A DNA stretch of 62,540 nt, filler included, from Phoronis australis (GCA_002633005.1; 6 parts of 6 records of this genome joined end to end with filler, not necessarily neighbours in it); one strand, 5' to 3'; shown: positions 39,201-50,998, counted from the first letter of the whole stretch. The notes: generated by a model from the sequence alone, not told the origin. Numbers and translations: made by a program.

Positions 39201-41592
39201 AATAGCCTTCATCTGAAACTTCGCCCCATCCAAAAGTCGCAGGAACTCCTTGTCAGAAGTCATAGAGCCGTCCTCACTCATCATCATCATGTGATGATGA
39301 CCCCCCTCCATGATTTTCTTCATAGTGGCCATAAGCTTCTGGTTGTTGTGGAGTTTTAATTTAGCGTCTTTGTTGAAGGACAGTGACCACAATCCTTCCA
39401 GGCCTATCTTCACTTCTTCTTTCTTGTCCGAGTCCAAAAGCCTGATAAACAACTCAACTGCACCATCGTCTGTTAACTAAAAGGGAACGTAAGACAAATT
39501 GTCAACACGCCACTTCAAACTGTGTCACTGTTTTACACCTTCAAGAAAGTGGTGATATTGAGCAGTCCACTGAAAAAGAGTGACTAACTACATAGTCTCC
39601 AAGTGGGTCAGGCTTATTCATATCTGTCTTCTCAATACAAAGTGTCATCATTGCAAACATACATAGGCGGATTTAGGGGGGGGGCCCAGGGGGCCCGGGC
39701 CCCCCCCCCTTGGCTGCCGCAAAAAAATAAAACAGTAAGAGCGTAGGGAAATGGTGAGTTTATTAATTAACCCCGGTAATTAAAATTATACGGATGAAAA
39801 AAGATTTAAATGTGTGCAGTTTTAGTGTTTGGGGGGGGGGGCTCAAACCCAATTTCAAGTGTCAAATTCGGAACACTGCGCATTCGTAACGGAACTATGG
39901 CTAAGTATAGGCTCTCCCGCGATATCCCAGGCGACCGGCAGTGGCGCTGCGCACTACGACTCCGTTTTCGTCGTCTGCTCCACTGTGCAATGAAGAAAAT
40001 TTACTTCATTTTTTAAAGAGAATGGAACCTGAGTGACGATGAAAAAACAGAAGCTGCTGGTAAGATGTGAATTTCAATCGAAGCCTTAGTGAATCACTCA
40101 GAAACTCGCAATACTCTCTTTGTCAAACCTTAACTTAGACGATTTCCAAAGCAATCCCGTCATTATTGCCAACTCGAAAAACGGATTTGGTCTTTTGGGC
40201 ATTTGAAGACTATTTTAAATACGACAAAGTTGTTAAGAATTCATGGCACAAAATATAAAACGTGTAATAAGCATTACGAAAAGAAGTAGGTTTCGCGCGC
40301 AAACGCTGTGGACCATAAACAAGTAGGTCTTTTAGCAAAATATTACTAGTCTAATCGTGTTGGTGTAGTGGTAACGCACGTGCTCTCTAACCGCGAGGTC
40401 GTGAGTTCAAGTCTTTGGTATGTTCAGTTTTCCTGTTTGACACGTTCTCTGTTTTTTTTTTTCCTTGAATAATACTTCAGGAATCAAGGAAAATGCTTGA
40501 TTTTTAGAGGTAAAAACAGAAAAATTTCCTGGGCGGGAGGGGGGCAAACCCCCCTCCCGACCTCCCCCCATTCGGTGCNCCCCTTGTGATATCCTAGATC
40601 CGCCACTGACATATATTGCTACCTCAGTTTGTGGTCATTTGAGTATATTCCAATGAATACTTATTAAGACAAGGGAGTGTTATATGAAAGACTAAAATAC
40701 CTACCTACGCTACCATTGTTTTCCTTAATATAATTACCAAATCTATCACTGACAACTTTCCATAATTTATTCACCAAGGCTACCATTGCTTTGCATATTT
40801 TATCCAACCAGGTTATCATAATTTTCCTCAACATTATCTACCCAGGTTGCCATAATGTCTTCTTCAATATTATCTACCCAGGTTACCATATTGCTCTCCT
40901 TAATGTTGTATTCCTTGGTTACAACACTAAATTCACCAAGCTTGAATAATACTTTTAAGTATAAGTAAGATTAATCAAGCTAAAAAGCACAAAACCTTAT
41001 TCAAGCTTGGACAATGTCATTCAAGCTTGGACAATATCATTCAAGCTTGGACAGTATTATTCAAGCTTGGACAATATTATTCAAGCCTTTTGAACTTACA
41101 TAATTCAAGGATCCACACCAAGCTTGGATAACCTCACTTGCAAAGTGGCAAATGTTCTTATTTCAGCTCAGTTGAGTGTACCACACAAAGTAGGCCATCA
41201 TGCACAAATAAGACATGGGATTTGTTTATTTTGATCACTAGTCAGTGACATAATTGGCTAAAGATAGTGCATTTGAATTACGTTAATGGCCAGCAATCGT
41301 ATTCAAGCTTGCAACCCAATGCTTACAAAGAAGCAAGATTTTCCAAGCTTGAAATTCATTCTACAATAACCTACTCAATAGCAAATAGAGGAATATCCAG
41401 CATAACTTAAAAGACCAAAAGACCACCGTGTCTGAGCATTAGAGAATGATTGACTCACTTGCTGTTTCAACTCATCATAAGCAGCTAACGTGACAACAGC
41501 CTTTGCGATGCTGCACGCATGTATTGAGTGGTACATCCTGTTGGGATCATCAAGAGCCCAGCCGAGTCGATCACACAGGCCTTTCACCACAT
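30205..41592 (-). CDS. ARM-like / TIR / SAM-like domain protein, multi-exon, partial at both ends
   Basis: Phase-compatible GT-AG exons 41459-41592, 39170-39476, 37184-37281, 36449-36590, 34883-35080, 33899-34034, 33027-33093, 30205-30263 (runs into the spacer). Helical-repeat part GAVELFIRLL...LEGLWSLSF. TIR: GHVFLSYSWANQ...GYKVWIDVDQMNGDTLEAMARAVEEAAVVLICVSEPYKESSNTRTEAEY...KYKPDGWLG. SAM-like: WTKEQVQSWL...DGPLL...PEYY. Confidence 0.88.
30568..30727. repeat. Two-copy tandem repeat (~80 bp)
   Basis: TTTGACTTATTTA(C/T)CCCTAAGTGGTGACTGAACA.ATGACATCAGATGATTCCAACCAATCA twice. Confidence 0.85.
30908..32968. mobile_element. Internally deleted ISL2EU/PIF-like DNA transposon
   Basis: TIR TGACCTATCGC...GCGATAGGTCA with AT flanks. 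SWIM-like remnant (DTICSCKAG, + strand, ~31140-31240) and THAP-like remnant (MGKRC..DSRY...PEPKNDVEKRKLWIKLCG..EQLN, - strand, ~32600-32805) point inward. Confidence 0.6.
31584..31908 (-). mobile_element. hAT-like MITE with 5-bp TSD, nested in the ISL2EU-like element
   Basis: Termini CAGTGGCGTATCTAGG / AAATCCGCCTATC; GAATT duplicated at 31579-31583 and 31909-31913; inverted relative to 39662-40608. Confidence 0.75.
33027..33093 (-). CDS. TIR gene SAM-like exon
   Basis: CMKALEDYDGPLLTKLSRLREE; phase 2 to 0. Confidence 0.8.
33899..34034 (-). CDS. TIR gene linker / SAM-like start exon
   Basis: PLEQPGLASAGRHSRRGDDKEDTLSTNSWTKEQVQSWLKEKHLT; phase 1 to 2. Confidence 0.82.
34883..35080 (-). CDS. 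TIR domain exon 3
   Basis: (E)AEYTFNLKKPYVPCYMEKKYKPDGWLGALVGSKIYVDFTGKDPFEKSFSTLRKEI. Confidence 0.9.
36449..36590 (-). CDS. TIR domain exon 2
   Basis: ESGYKVWIDVDQMNGDTLEAMARAVEEAAVVLICVSEPYKESSNTRT. Confidence 0.92.
36632..36845. mobile_element. Small fold-back element in a TIR-gene intron
   Basis: Imperfect inverted arms: AGTAAGAATT...GAAAAGATCTCTGTCTC versus GAGACAGAGATCTTTTC...AATTCTTACT. Confidence 0.6.
37184..37281 (-). CDS. TIR domain exon 1
   Basis: KPISTEDSIGHVFLSYSWANQPVVLQISNRLK. Confidence 0.92.
39170..39476 (-). CDS. TIR gene ARM-like exon
   Basis: LTDDGAVELFIRLLDSDKKEEVKIGLEGLWSLSFNKDAK...GGHHHMMMMSEDG...LDGAKFQMK; a second same-phase donor lies 18 nt further on. Confidence 0.85.
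39662..40608 (+). mobile_element. hAT-like non-autonomous element with 5-bp TSD
   Basis: Termini CATAGGCGGATTTAGG / CCTAGATCCGCCACTG; ACATA duplicated at 39657-39661 and 40609-40613. Confidence 0.78.
40354..40420 (+). pseudogene. tRNA-derived (SINE-head-like) sequence inside the hAT element
   Basis: A-box TGGTGTAGTGG (40361) and B-box GAGTTCAAGTC (~40403) at tRNA spacing; the acceptor stem does not pair. Confidence 0.5.
40700..41090. repeat. Minisatellites: ~35-bp TTATCTACCCAGGTTACCATA units and 20-bp ATTCAAGCTTGGACAATAT(C/T) units
   Basis: About five degenerate 35-bp units (40700-40920) and 4.4 head-to-tail 20-bp units (40999-41086). Confidence 0.85.
41459..41592 (-). CDS. TIR gene most 5' visible exon
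   Basis: VVKGLCDRLGWALDDPNRMYHSIHACSIAKAVVTLAAYDELKQQ; phase 1 to 0, GTGAGT donor. Confidence 0.8.
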
Positions 41593-41939
41593 CTGCAGCA
41601 AGGTAAGTAACAACTGTTAAGCCATAGTCCACACAGAAAATACAATTAATCAAAGAATGCAAATTTGGAAAAGCTATCACTGCAGGAGAAATGCTCAAGG
41701 TCTGAAGTTATGAGGAAGAAAGGAAAGTGGTGACCATGCAGAAATTGAACACACAGGGAGTCTTATCCTTTCAACCACAAGGCAAGCAAAATGAAGACGT
41801 ATTTTTGTAATTCTCACTCAACAACCTAACAGATAAACTGTTTCTACGAGTAACCACTCAAAAGCTCTTAATCAGGCTAACCACCCATCTTTGCAATACA
41901 ATGAACTAGATTTATTTATGAAGACTGGAGTAAAAGAGN

Positions 41940-42690
41940 TCCCAGGCATGTACTCGGGCATGAGCCTCTTTTTTGAACCAACAGATGTCACTAACATATG
42001 CAAATGAGGCTCGCACTCGCTGGTTCCCTGCGTGCCGCTAGATGGGGCGGTAGCTGGCTGGGCTAAGCACGCAGGGAACCAGCGAGGAGGCTCGCATCGC
42101 TACGTCATACGACGTCATACGGCGCGAGCTTCCAATTTGAAACGTCAGGTGCCTATAGTCAGGAAGAGATAACCAGGAAGGGACAACTGTTTTAGCGCAT
42201 TTTAACGGATATTCAAAAGTGATTTCAAAAGTAAATGTTAAAGTCGTCTGGAATCCAAGCATTGTGTTTGAAAGCTTTAATAACTCTTTAGCTATAAAAG
42301 GACACCACTTTGGTCCCCAAAGACTGCATATTAATGGTACTGGGATGCTTTGAACATGACTTGTTTTACCCTTAAAAAGATGTCTCTTCCCAGGCATGTA
42401 CTCGGGCATGATCCTCTTTTTTGAACCAACAGATGTCACTTATATATGCAAATGAGGCTACTATAAAATGACACCACTTTGGTCCTCAAAGACTGCATAT
42501 TACTGGCACTGGGATGCTTTGAACGTGACATGTTTATCCTTCCAAAAGATGCTTCTTCCCAGGCATGTACTCGGGCATGAGCCTCTTTTTTGAACCAACA
42601 GATGTCACTAACATATGCTAATGAGGCTGGCATCGCTACGTCATACGACGTCATACGGCGCGAGCTTCCAATTTGAAACGTCAGGTGCCT
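41940..42690. repeat. Complex tandem duplication
   Basis: CCCAGGCATGTACTCGGGCATGA...ATGAGGCT at ~41941, 42389, 42558; GCATCGCTACGTCATACGACGTC...GGTGCCT at ~42094 and 42630. Confidence 0.9.
42016..42086. mobile_element. 71-bp hairpin insertion with 10-bp TSD
   Basis: Perfect 20-bp TIR CTCGCTGGTTCCCTGCGTGC; GAGGCTCGCA at 42006-42015 and 42087-42096; paralogous empty site at ~42623. Confidence 0.85.
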
Positions 42691-43126
42691 TATAGTGTAT
42701 GACTTGAAACGCAGTAGTCTACTTGATCGGGTATATCCTAGTATGATTCCAAGAAAACTAAGAACTCATCCACGTCAATGTTCAAAGAACATTGAGTATG
42801 GTTTCACATGAAAATACATTTAATTGTATTTGGATACGCTTGCGTGTGTGTATGCGTGGACTTTGTCATTTTGTTAAATCCAGATTTAAAAGCAGAAATT
42901 CAGTAGCGTTAGCCCTAAGCCACGGTGGCGGGCCGGTGTCGTGGCGGTCCCCGGGAAGTCTGATCCATGCACGTGCAATTCGATGAACTAATGCTAGTCG
43001 CTGGTCAGCTCCGCTACGATTCATTTGGGACGTGCGGCTTAGCTCTAACCTATGCCCGTGTTCTGGCTCCAAAGATCGTTTTTTGATCCCCAACGGTTTC
43101 GGGAAAAGTTCATTTTAATAGGGTCA

Positions 43127-43439
43127 TTCCCTGAAGATTTTTTTGAAAGGTATGGTCCCCGAAGTCCTTGGCGTATAGAGCTCATCAAAATTCCTTGTTG
43201 AAACATGGCCACTTGTCCAGCTTCTGCCGGGCGGCTGGGGAAAATGAACGTGTGTCCCAAAAATGTACACACTTCAACGCCTAATTCCCTGAAGATTTTT
43301 TGAAAGGTATGGTCCCCGAAGTCCTTGGCCTATAGAGCTCATCAAAATTCCTTGCTGAAGCACAGCCACTTGTCCAGCTTCTGCCGGGCGGCTGGGGAAA
43401 ATGAACGTGTGTCCCAAAAATGTACATACTTCAACGCCT
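43127..43439. repeat. Two-copy tandem duplication (~157 bp)
   Basis: TTCCCTGAAGATTTTTTTGAAAGG...ACTTCAACGCCT twice with few substitutions. Confidence 0.92.
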
Positions 43440-45199
43440 GCACTTCAAGTTCATTTCTCGTCAATCACTGGCCGCGGATTCTACGCCGGTCTAATGCATG
43501 ACTACACCTTATTTGTAACGTGGGTACGTAACTGAGTCATGACGTGCTCAGCCTGTGCAGTATGCATGGGAATGGCAAGCAAAGGATTCGGTTTAGAAGA
43601 GCCACTAAAATTCATTGCACAATACTACTGTGACAAGGAAATGCAAAGACAATCTTTACAAATTTATGAACAATGACTTGAACTTATTTTTCAATCTACG
43701 GTTTACAATTTCTTAAATTTCACTAGTCTAGTTTTTGATTCAATAAAGCATTTAGAGCTGTTCGACATTCATGAACTTATCACTGTCATCGTTTTTGTAC
43801 TTCATTGCGACATGGTGGTCTGATGATTGGTAGAATTTTCCCAAGTCAGCCTTCAACTAAGTTCAGTGACAAGAGTGACAGTTGATTCGTTCACACGTCG
43901 TGTAACCCAGCAAGAAATGACATTCCTCAATATGAAAGCCGCTTGTGCGATTTCACAAAAACAGGAAAATAGAAGTAATCACTGAATTCCAACATTGGGC
44001 CCTCTCTGCGTGAGCGGTCCTTTAATAATTTGTCAATAAAAACACGAAAAAGGTGGTCAATTAAATGTCACCAATGGCCCCCTTCAAGGACTGCTTGAGT
44101 CACTGAACGGGAAAACGCTGTCATGCAGTGAAAATGGAAGGCAGCAGCAGGCCAGTGGGCGTGTGTGATACGTAACTCGGATTTCTAGTCTCTTATTATG
44201 AAAAATATTGAAGGCAATTATCAGCACTTGCAAACAAGAATTTTGAAGTATGAAGAATTTCAACAGGAATTAGGTGTAGTCTTAGTCGTGAAGCTGCCGA
44301 CATTCCAGCCACGGCTATTGGTCCTTTGAAGCAAATGCATGTACACGAATTTTGAAGAATGGCAAAGAAACGTTTTGTGTTGACGGAACTGTCCTTGGGG
44401 AGGAAATGAGGCATTTGATAATGAACAACTATTGTGGATTAATTTGGGATAACACCTAGCAAAACTAACTTTCAAGTATGCAATGCTGTGGCGGAATTAA
44501 GAAATATAATTATGACAGTGCTAACTGTAGCTAAGTGCGATTTTTGCCGAAATATCTAACGTTAGACTTACAGCAGGCCAAGAAAACGGCAGTCGGGGCG
44601 CTCTAAAGGAAAGTACTTCAACCAATTCCAATTATCCGATGCAACTTCTCTCACTCGACGGTGTTGTTTCACGACACCGCAACCTCCCAAAAAAAAACGA
44701 AACGCGGATGGTGAGATATTACAGAGTACAACTAGCAATGATTTGACAGTTGAGCTTGAGAAAACCCAGTGTTGAGCTATCCTTTACTTTAACAAGTTAT
44801 GTCTATACAAGGAATGACCAAGGGGGTGACTCACATTGACAAAGTGACCGCATTCGCAAACAGTGTACAGTACCGGAAATTGCGGAGGCTGTACCGGCTT
44901 TCTCTTCCAAAGGATCCCTAGTTTCGACCTCAACACCTGCTGTCTTTCTACCTGCAATAAGCACCACGGCCGTCTTCTATACTGGGAATTTCCGCAGAAA
45001 GGCCCACCCGATGAAACGTCCATGCCCATGGGCATTTATTTGATGTTAGTAGTCCGGGTTTCAAGCGTTCAGACATTGGGACGTTTATTCCGAAAATTGC
45101 AAGAGATGCAAATTGGTCCTGGGATACATCGTCAAGGTTCGAAGTAGTCCATGATGAACGGATCAAATTTAGTTTCGCATGTAAGTCTTTTGATTGGAT

Positions 45200-46774
45200 T
45201 TCCCAACCTCAGGGCGCTTAGTGCCAACTGAGCTGCGACACGAGATGCTGAAATTGTAGAGGTTTACAAGCTCACTGACACAGCAGTTGACGAAGTGCAA
45301 GCGTTGGGAGCAAACATCGAGGATGTCTGGATAGAATGGTTCCAAGACGAGCAAACCATTGCATCCGATATACAGATTCCTCGGCAGTCTAGACAACAGA
45401 AGGATAGGACTAACGTTCCTGAAGAAACACTCAGGTAACAAGTTATAATTCTTTACAGTTTGTATATAATGTCGGTTTTTATGCTTGTGTACAATGAAAA
45501 CAAAATAGAAATTACTTTTAGACATGCCAAATTTTCCCAGAAACTGATTCTGGTTTGTATTTCCACTTGGCTCTATCTGCTTCATTTCCAAAATCTATTT
45601 CACGTAGTGCGTTGTTAAATTTGTTCTCAATACTTGTTTCTTCCAGTAAGTACTACAGAACGGTGCGAAAACCCTTCCTAGACAACCTCTCGCAGCAGTT
45701 AACCACCAGATGTGTAAAATACACGCATGAGCAACCACTGGGGATTAAAAGTGTCAAGAGAGAAGTTTTCAATTCAGAATTTTTTGCATAGTACACTTTA
45801 GCTAGGTCTCGCGACGGACCAGGCCAGCTTGATTTGTGTAGAGTATTGTGATGTTTTTTAAAACTATTTATCTCAGCCAGTTGTGTTTGGTCCCGCGGCA
45901 GATCGACTATTTTTATAGGGATAATAAGCACAGTTGTACTTTTGGTATCGTGACGGACCAGGTCATCCTTTTTGTGTACTCTCAGTATACATGTACATGT
46001 GGTCCCCCTGCGAACTGGTCCTGTATTTCTTTTCACCAAGGTGTACAGAACGTTTTGGTCTCGTGAAACTGTTTTCAGATGATTTGCTTCCTGATATATT
46101 TGACGTTTTTCAATTGTTGTCAACGTGATTTAATTTAATAAACTGATACTTTTAAGTATTAAAATTGTTTGTTGTCGCTTTTAATAGTAGACTATGAGTT
46201 GAGAGCACCATCACTCTCCGGTTTTTCTCATAACGAGACAGAACACATGTTTATTTCCGGATTCTGGTCTTCGTTCCTAAACAACTTGAGGCTGCTATTA
46301 CGCGATCATATGATATTCAAGTTTTTACGCCCCGTCGGTGCTCCTTATGCTCTTGAATATTTGGTAGTTGCCTATACCCCTGTATACACACCATACTTTT
46401 TCGCATACGACTTTTCGTATGTTCAAATAGGTGTGCGTAAGCAGATGTTCCAATAAAATTTTTGCTGGTGGCGTGACTCATACCCAAACATGCACAAATA
46501 TGGTTTCACGAAAGTTATGAGCCAAGTTCATGTGATGAAATCGACAAGGGTTTAAATTATCTTAAGAAAAACTCCAGAGACATGTTAAGTGCCAGAAACT
46601 TACCAGGAGGCATGGAAATGTCACTGTTTGGCTACAAAAACAAAAAAAAAATGTTTTAAACGGGTGGAGGGAAACCCCCCTCTCAACCTCCCCCCGCTCG
46701 GCGCCACGCGCCTCGGATTCGAACTTTGCGGGAATCCTAAACACCCCCTTACTGAAAACGTAGATCCGCCACTG
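45200..46774 (+). mobile_element. Decayed hAT transposon: transposase remnant and right end
   Basis: + strand AEIVEVYKLTDTAVDEVQALGANIEDVWIEWFQD...IPRQSRQQKDRTNVPEETL, GT..AG intron, then KYYRTVRKPFLDNLSQQLTTR. This is a PRKRIR/ZMYM1-like hAT segment (PR..RQ.HR.NVP...YYR...PFLD). Terminus GTAGATCCGCCACTG at 46774. Confidence 0.7.
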
Positions 46775-47025
46775 TCACGCAACCCCGCAAATTGGTAAAG
46801 TGATTCCCCAGAACAAAGTCCGCAACATGACCTGTTTTCTCTCACCATATATATCCCATTCAAGAGTGAAAATGTCTACTGTTCAAGTTCTGAAAATGCT
46901 TCCGAGTTTCAGCATCTCAGTTCCTTCAAAAGACGAGTCTGATCCGTATAGTTCAGCTTGGGCTCCTGCCCAGCCCGTGTGTTGTCACCTGGAAGCACTG
47001 AAAAAGTCTTCTTTTATGTACTGAC

Positions 47026-47125
47026 NNNNNNNNNNNNNNNNNNNNNNNNNNNNNNNNNNNNNNNNNNNNTTAATTAATTAANNNNNNNNNNNNNNNNNNN
47101 NNNNNNNNNNNNNNNNNNNNNNNNN
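47026..47125. other. Artificial assembly spacer
   Basis: N44-TTAATTAATTAA-N44. Confidence 0.97.
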
Positions 47126-50100
47126 GTTGCGGCTCACGTCACTTTATTATGCGCCGTGCATGGTCTCAATCCATAACTACCAGTCTCTCTGACATAGGAG
47201 CAGCGCGAGATTAGTTTAATAGCGGCAGACAGTCTGAACAAACCATTAAGATTCTTCGACGAAACGTGTGCTTTAAAGTGACATTACCGACGAGAAAAGT
47301 AGTTTTCTGATATTAGTCATTCCTAACAAATAATTTAACTTGCAACCTCAGCGATCGCAGTCCATCGCGCGCTTTGCTGGCGAAGCTTACATGCAGTCAC
47401 TAAGTAGCGGAGTGTTTTATACGTTTCTAGTAGATCACCGGCCATGGTTTATACGATTCACAGGCATTCAATTACGAGTACTGATGATTTCTAAAATCAC
47501 AAAATTAAACGAATTTTGTTGTTTTATGCATGTAGCTCTGATTAAACTTAAGAACTTCATCGAATGCGTTTTCCAGACGTGAAAAACCGGTTATGCCTTG
47601 TCCTTTTAGGGCACGATTCACTGTTAGTTAGTAAACTCCTCTCGCGCGGTAAAAAAGGAACAACGCTAGAAATAAGAAATGATGATGTTGGCTTGGTACG
47701 TGAAAAATAGTATAAAACGAGAAAGTAAACGTTGCTCATTTTGTATGAAACCTTTATCATGTCGTGGCGCACAAGTTTTCGTGTAGGTTTCGTAAATATA
47801 ATGTGTTTTAGATGAGTTAGGAGTATTTTTCGTTACGTTTGAAAGTTGAGCAAAAAGACACGCCTTCGTGTTCGTCAAGTCCGACATTACAGTCGTAAAA
47901 TGCATCGCGTTGCCTTATTTGGGAATAGCCCGATGACCTCAGAGATGTGAAAGGTAGCTGAAAGCAAAACAGTGATGGCTGATTTCGAAAGCACATCGCC
48001 ACTCCGCGATCGACTCGAAGGAGTCCATTTCTGAAGTAAGCTATCGATGTATTCGGCTTTATACGCTCGCTCAAGTCTGACCTAATCAACTTATTGCCTA
48101 GGATTTTATTTATGTGCATTTCTTACGGAAAACGTTCGATTCATGTCTTATTGATCAGTGATTGAATATCGTCTGGCTCACCGATCGGCGTATGGTCAAC
48201 ATGAGCCCCAACATTTTGCAAAAAACATTTCAAAGCATAGTGTATACAGGTACGTAGGATTTACGTAGTCTAGTGTAAACTACAATTTATCCCATACGCG
48301 TTGAATCTGTCGAGAGCAATACGGCCATGTAATAATTTTTCCGTATTCACCTCCCGCACTACTTCAACAGTGACCTCTGACATGGAAAGCTCAAAAGGTA
48401 GGTGACTGTCGACTCGACGTCGTTAGCCGGTTCGATCATCAAACTTTCGGAAATAGTTTAAAGTAATACAATTGCAGCAGTGTAAATAACACTTAACATT
48501 CAATCAGGTCCCAATCGTAACATCTCAGGCTGGCACATGACAGTTCTGTCTAAGTTTTCAATTGCTAAATATTATATCGTCTGCAATTCAGGTGACGATT
48601 CCTCGGTAACTACAACATCAAATATTGTTATTATTTAACTATACTATTTTCAGGAGATGTTACAAGTTCAATGCACAGTTACCGCTGTTTTCATCTTTTT
48701 TATCTCTTTTCAAGTAATAAATCGTTACGTTTAAAATTGTTTCTTTTACAAAAGGAAACTTGCAACCTAACGCGCAAGTATGTATACATACATATAGGAT
48801 GTGATCCGCCACGTGACAGTCTGAGTGAAGGATTTGAAAAATCTGCCGAAAACATGAAAGAAACTTGGGAATTCGAGGCGTATGGGATAAATACAAAACG
48901 TACCTCGATTGACGTACATCCGTGGACAGCGGACCTCTCGGGTCCTTCACGGAGTCTCCATCAGTGTAAATCTGTATCAAGTGTATTTTTTGTTTTTTGA
49001 CTTAAAGTGAATAAAGTGCATTACTACTACTACATGAACTAATATCCCACTCGACATTATTCTATTATTTTATTACTGGTTTAATATAAAAGGCATTTGT
49101 TTGAAGTTGCAGGTGTTTTATTTTTACTATAATTGTATGCGTGTTACCTATAGTAAATCATGACATATTACTAGAGCTATGTTGTCAGCGTGTGGTTGCG
49201 TGGTGGCGGTATTGTGACTGATCAAATTGAAAATTTCGGCGTTTTAATCATAAAACAGTGTAATAGCCTGTAAGTTAAGCACTTTAGCAGCGCCAAAAAG
49301 CCTCTCATTTGCGGTATTCATTTGCTTAACATTCGAGCGTCTGTTTTTTGGCATTGCAGCTTTTAAAGTTGAGGGATATTCCCGGATTTTGCGAGGGGTA
49401 AGAGAAATGTTCATCTATTCAACATTATGAAGAAGTAAACATGGTCAATTTGTGTAAAGAGTAAAATTAACAATTATGACGAGAATTATCACACGTCTCT
49501 TATAAAGCGGCATGCGGAACAAGCGTTTTTAGATAATATTGCACCGAAATACAATTGTTTTTATGATGGAGGTGTTGAAAGTACTTTTAGATAACAAACT
49601 ACTTTCTGAGGACGAAATTGCTAAAATGTATGTAAACGTTGTCCTTCACAATCACTGACTAATCATGCCGCTTGACCGCTTTGAAGGAAACGATGGTATT
49701 TTCCAAAATGACAATACTAGGGCTTAATCGCGCTTGTTGTGTCGGGGCCACTTTACAAGTTTCACAATAGTATGATTGAGCCTTTATTGACGGGCCCTGT
49801 CTACATCAATCGCAACTTAGCTTCGAAAGAGTTTGTCGGATTTTAACACAAACGTACGACATTGTTGACAAGTTCATAGATTTTAAATCTGTCCTGTTTC
49901 ATCATATGGCGATAACTAAAAGTTAGACTTGTACTAAGACATTGGTACTATGAGACAATTATCGGTCAATCGAGAATTTCGTTGCCGTTTCGTTAGTTGC
50001 AATTTCGAGGGCATTTTGCACTCAAAATTATTGTCACTTGCGTTCTCAAACTTAAACAAAGTGTTCTTGTTTCCCAAGAACTGTAACTTTTCAGCATTAG

Positions 50101-50470
50101 CTTAAAAATTGGAAAATTGCGGTAGACAACATTCTGTTTTAACACAAATGAACAATTCGGAGTCGGCTTAAATCTAAAGTGAGAATGGCACATTGTCAAA
50201 TACCATCAAAGTAATCTGGTTTGACAGCTTTAGTTTGAAACTAAATTCCTACCTGTAGCAAAGGTCATCATTAGCTATGCATAGCAGGCCTCACTAGCAG
50301 ACCTACCATGAAGTTTCAATTAGATTGGTTCAGCCGATTAATGAGCCCCTGAAATAATTATTGACGGCGTAAATTAATTAATTGGGGCGTAATTTAACTT
50401 TTAACGGCGCAAAGTAATTATTTGCTGCTGAAAGTAACTTCGCTCGTAAATTAAATTCAACTTACGTGCT

Positions 50471-50570
50471 NNNNNNNNNNNNNNNNNNNNNNNNNNNNNN
50501 NNNNNNNNNNNNNNTTAATTAATTAANNNNNNNNNNNNNNNNNNNNNNNNNNNNNNNNNNNNNNNNNNNN
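50471..50570. other. Artificial assembly spacer
   Basis: N44-TTAATTAATTAA-N44. Confidence 0.97.
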
Positions 50571-50998
50571 CCATCTTCGGAATTCGACAAATTCTTGCAC
50601 GAGCTTCAAGGTTTTTTTTTGCTGTTAATAAATTTACTTTGTTTATATTTTACTTTTTTTTGGTCATAATGCATTGCCCCAGAAGATGCGATAACTCCTG
50701 ACGACGCAATGTCAAAGTTCATGCCAAAATTGTCCAATAATTAGCATGATCGTTGGCGTACATGTTATTGCCAGTAGAATATAGACGTGGTTATTACTCT
50801 CCTTTAGCTTCCGTTTCCAATCAGGTTACAATAACAGTACCACACCTTCCGCTAAATCAAGACTAGAGAGATCCGTTTATTTTTTCAAACAATGTCAAAC
50901 GTCTAAGATTCTGTTGAAAGCATCACCTGCTTCTCTGGAGAATGAAGCAATGGAATGCATTTCCCAGCAAGCCATTTCATTTGGGATGCTTGATCAAC

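Noticed and set aside
40999-41086. 20-bp repeats with a palindromic AAGCTT core, superficially CRISPR-like
   Set aside because: Units are head-to-tail with no unique spacers, there are no cas genes, and the context is a eukaryotic intron. It is a minisatellite.
44784-45420. Kringle or C-type-lectin-like words on the minus strand (FCGNSQYRRRPWC, CPWAWTF)
   Set aside because: The words are in different frames with wrong Cys spacing, and the + strand of the adjacent and overlapping region is better explained as hAT transposase.
48380-49000. Signal-peptide-like stretch (MLQVQCTVTAVFIFFISF) as the 5' end of the astacin gene
   Set aside because: It needs implausibly short introns and is separated from the astacin exon by an artificial spacer.
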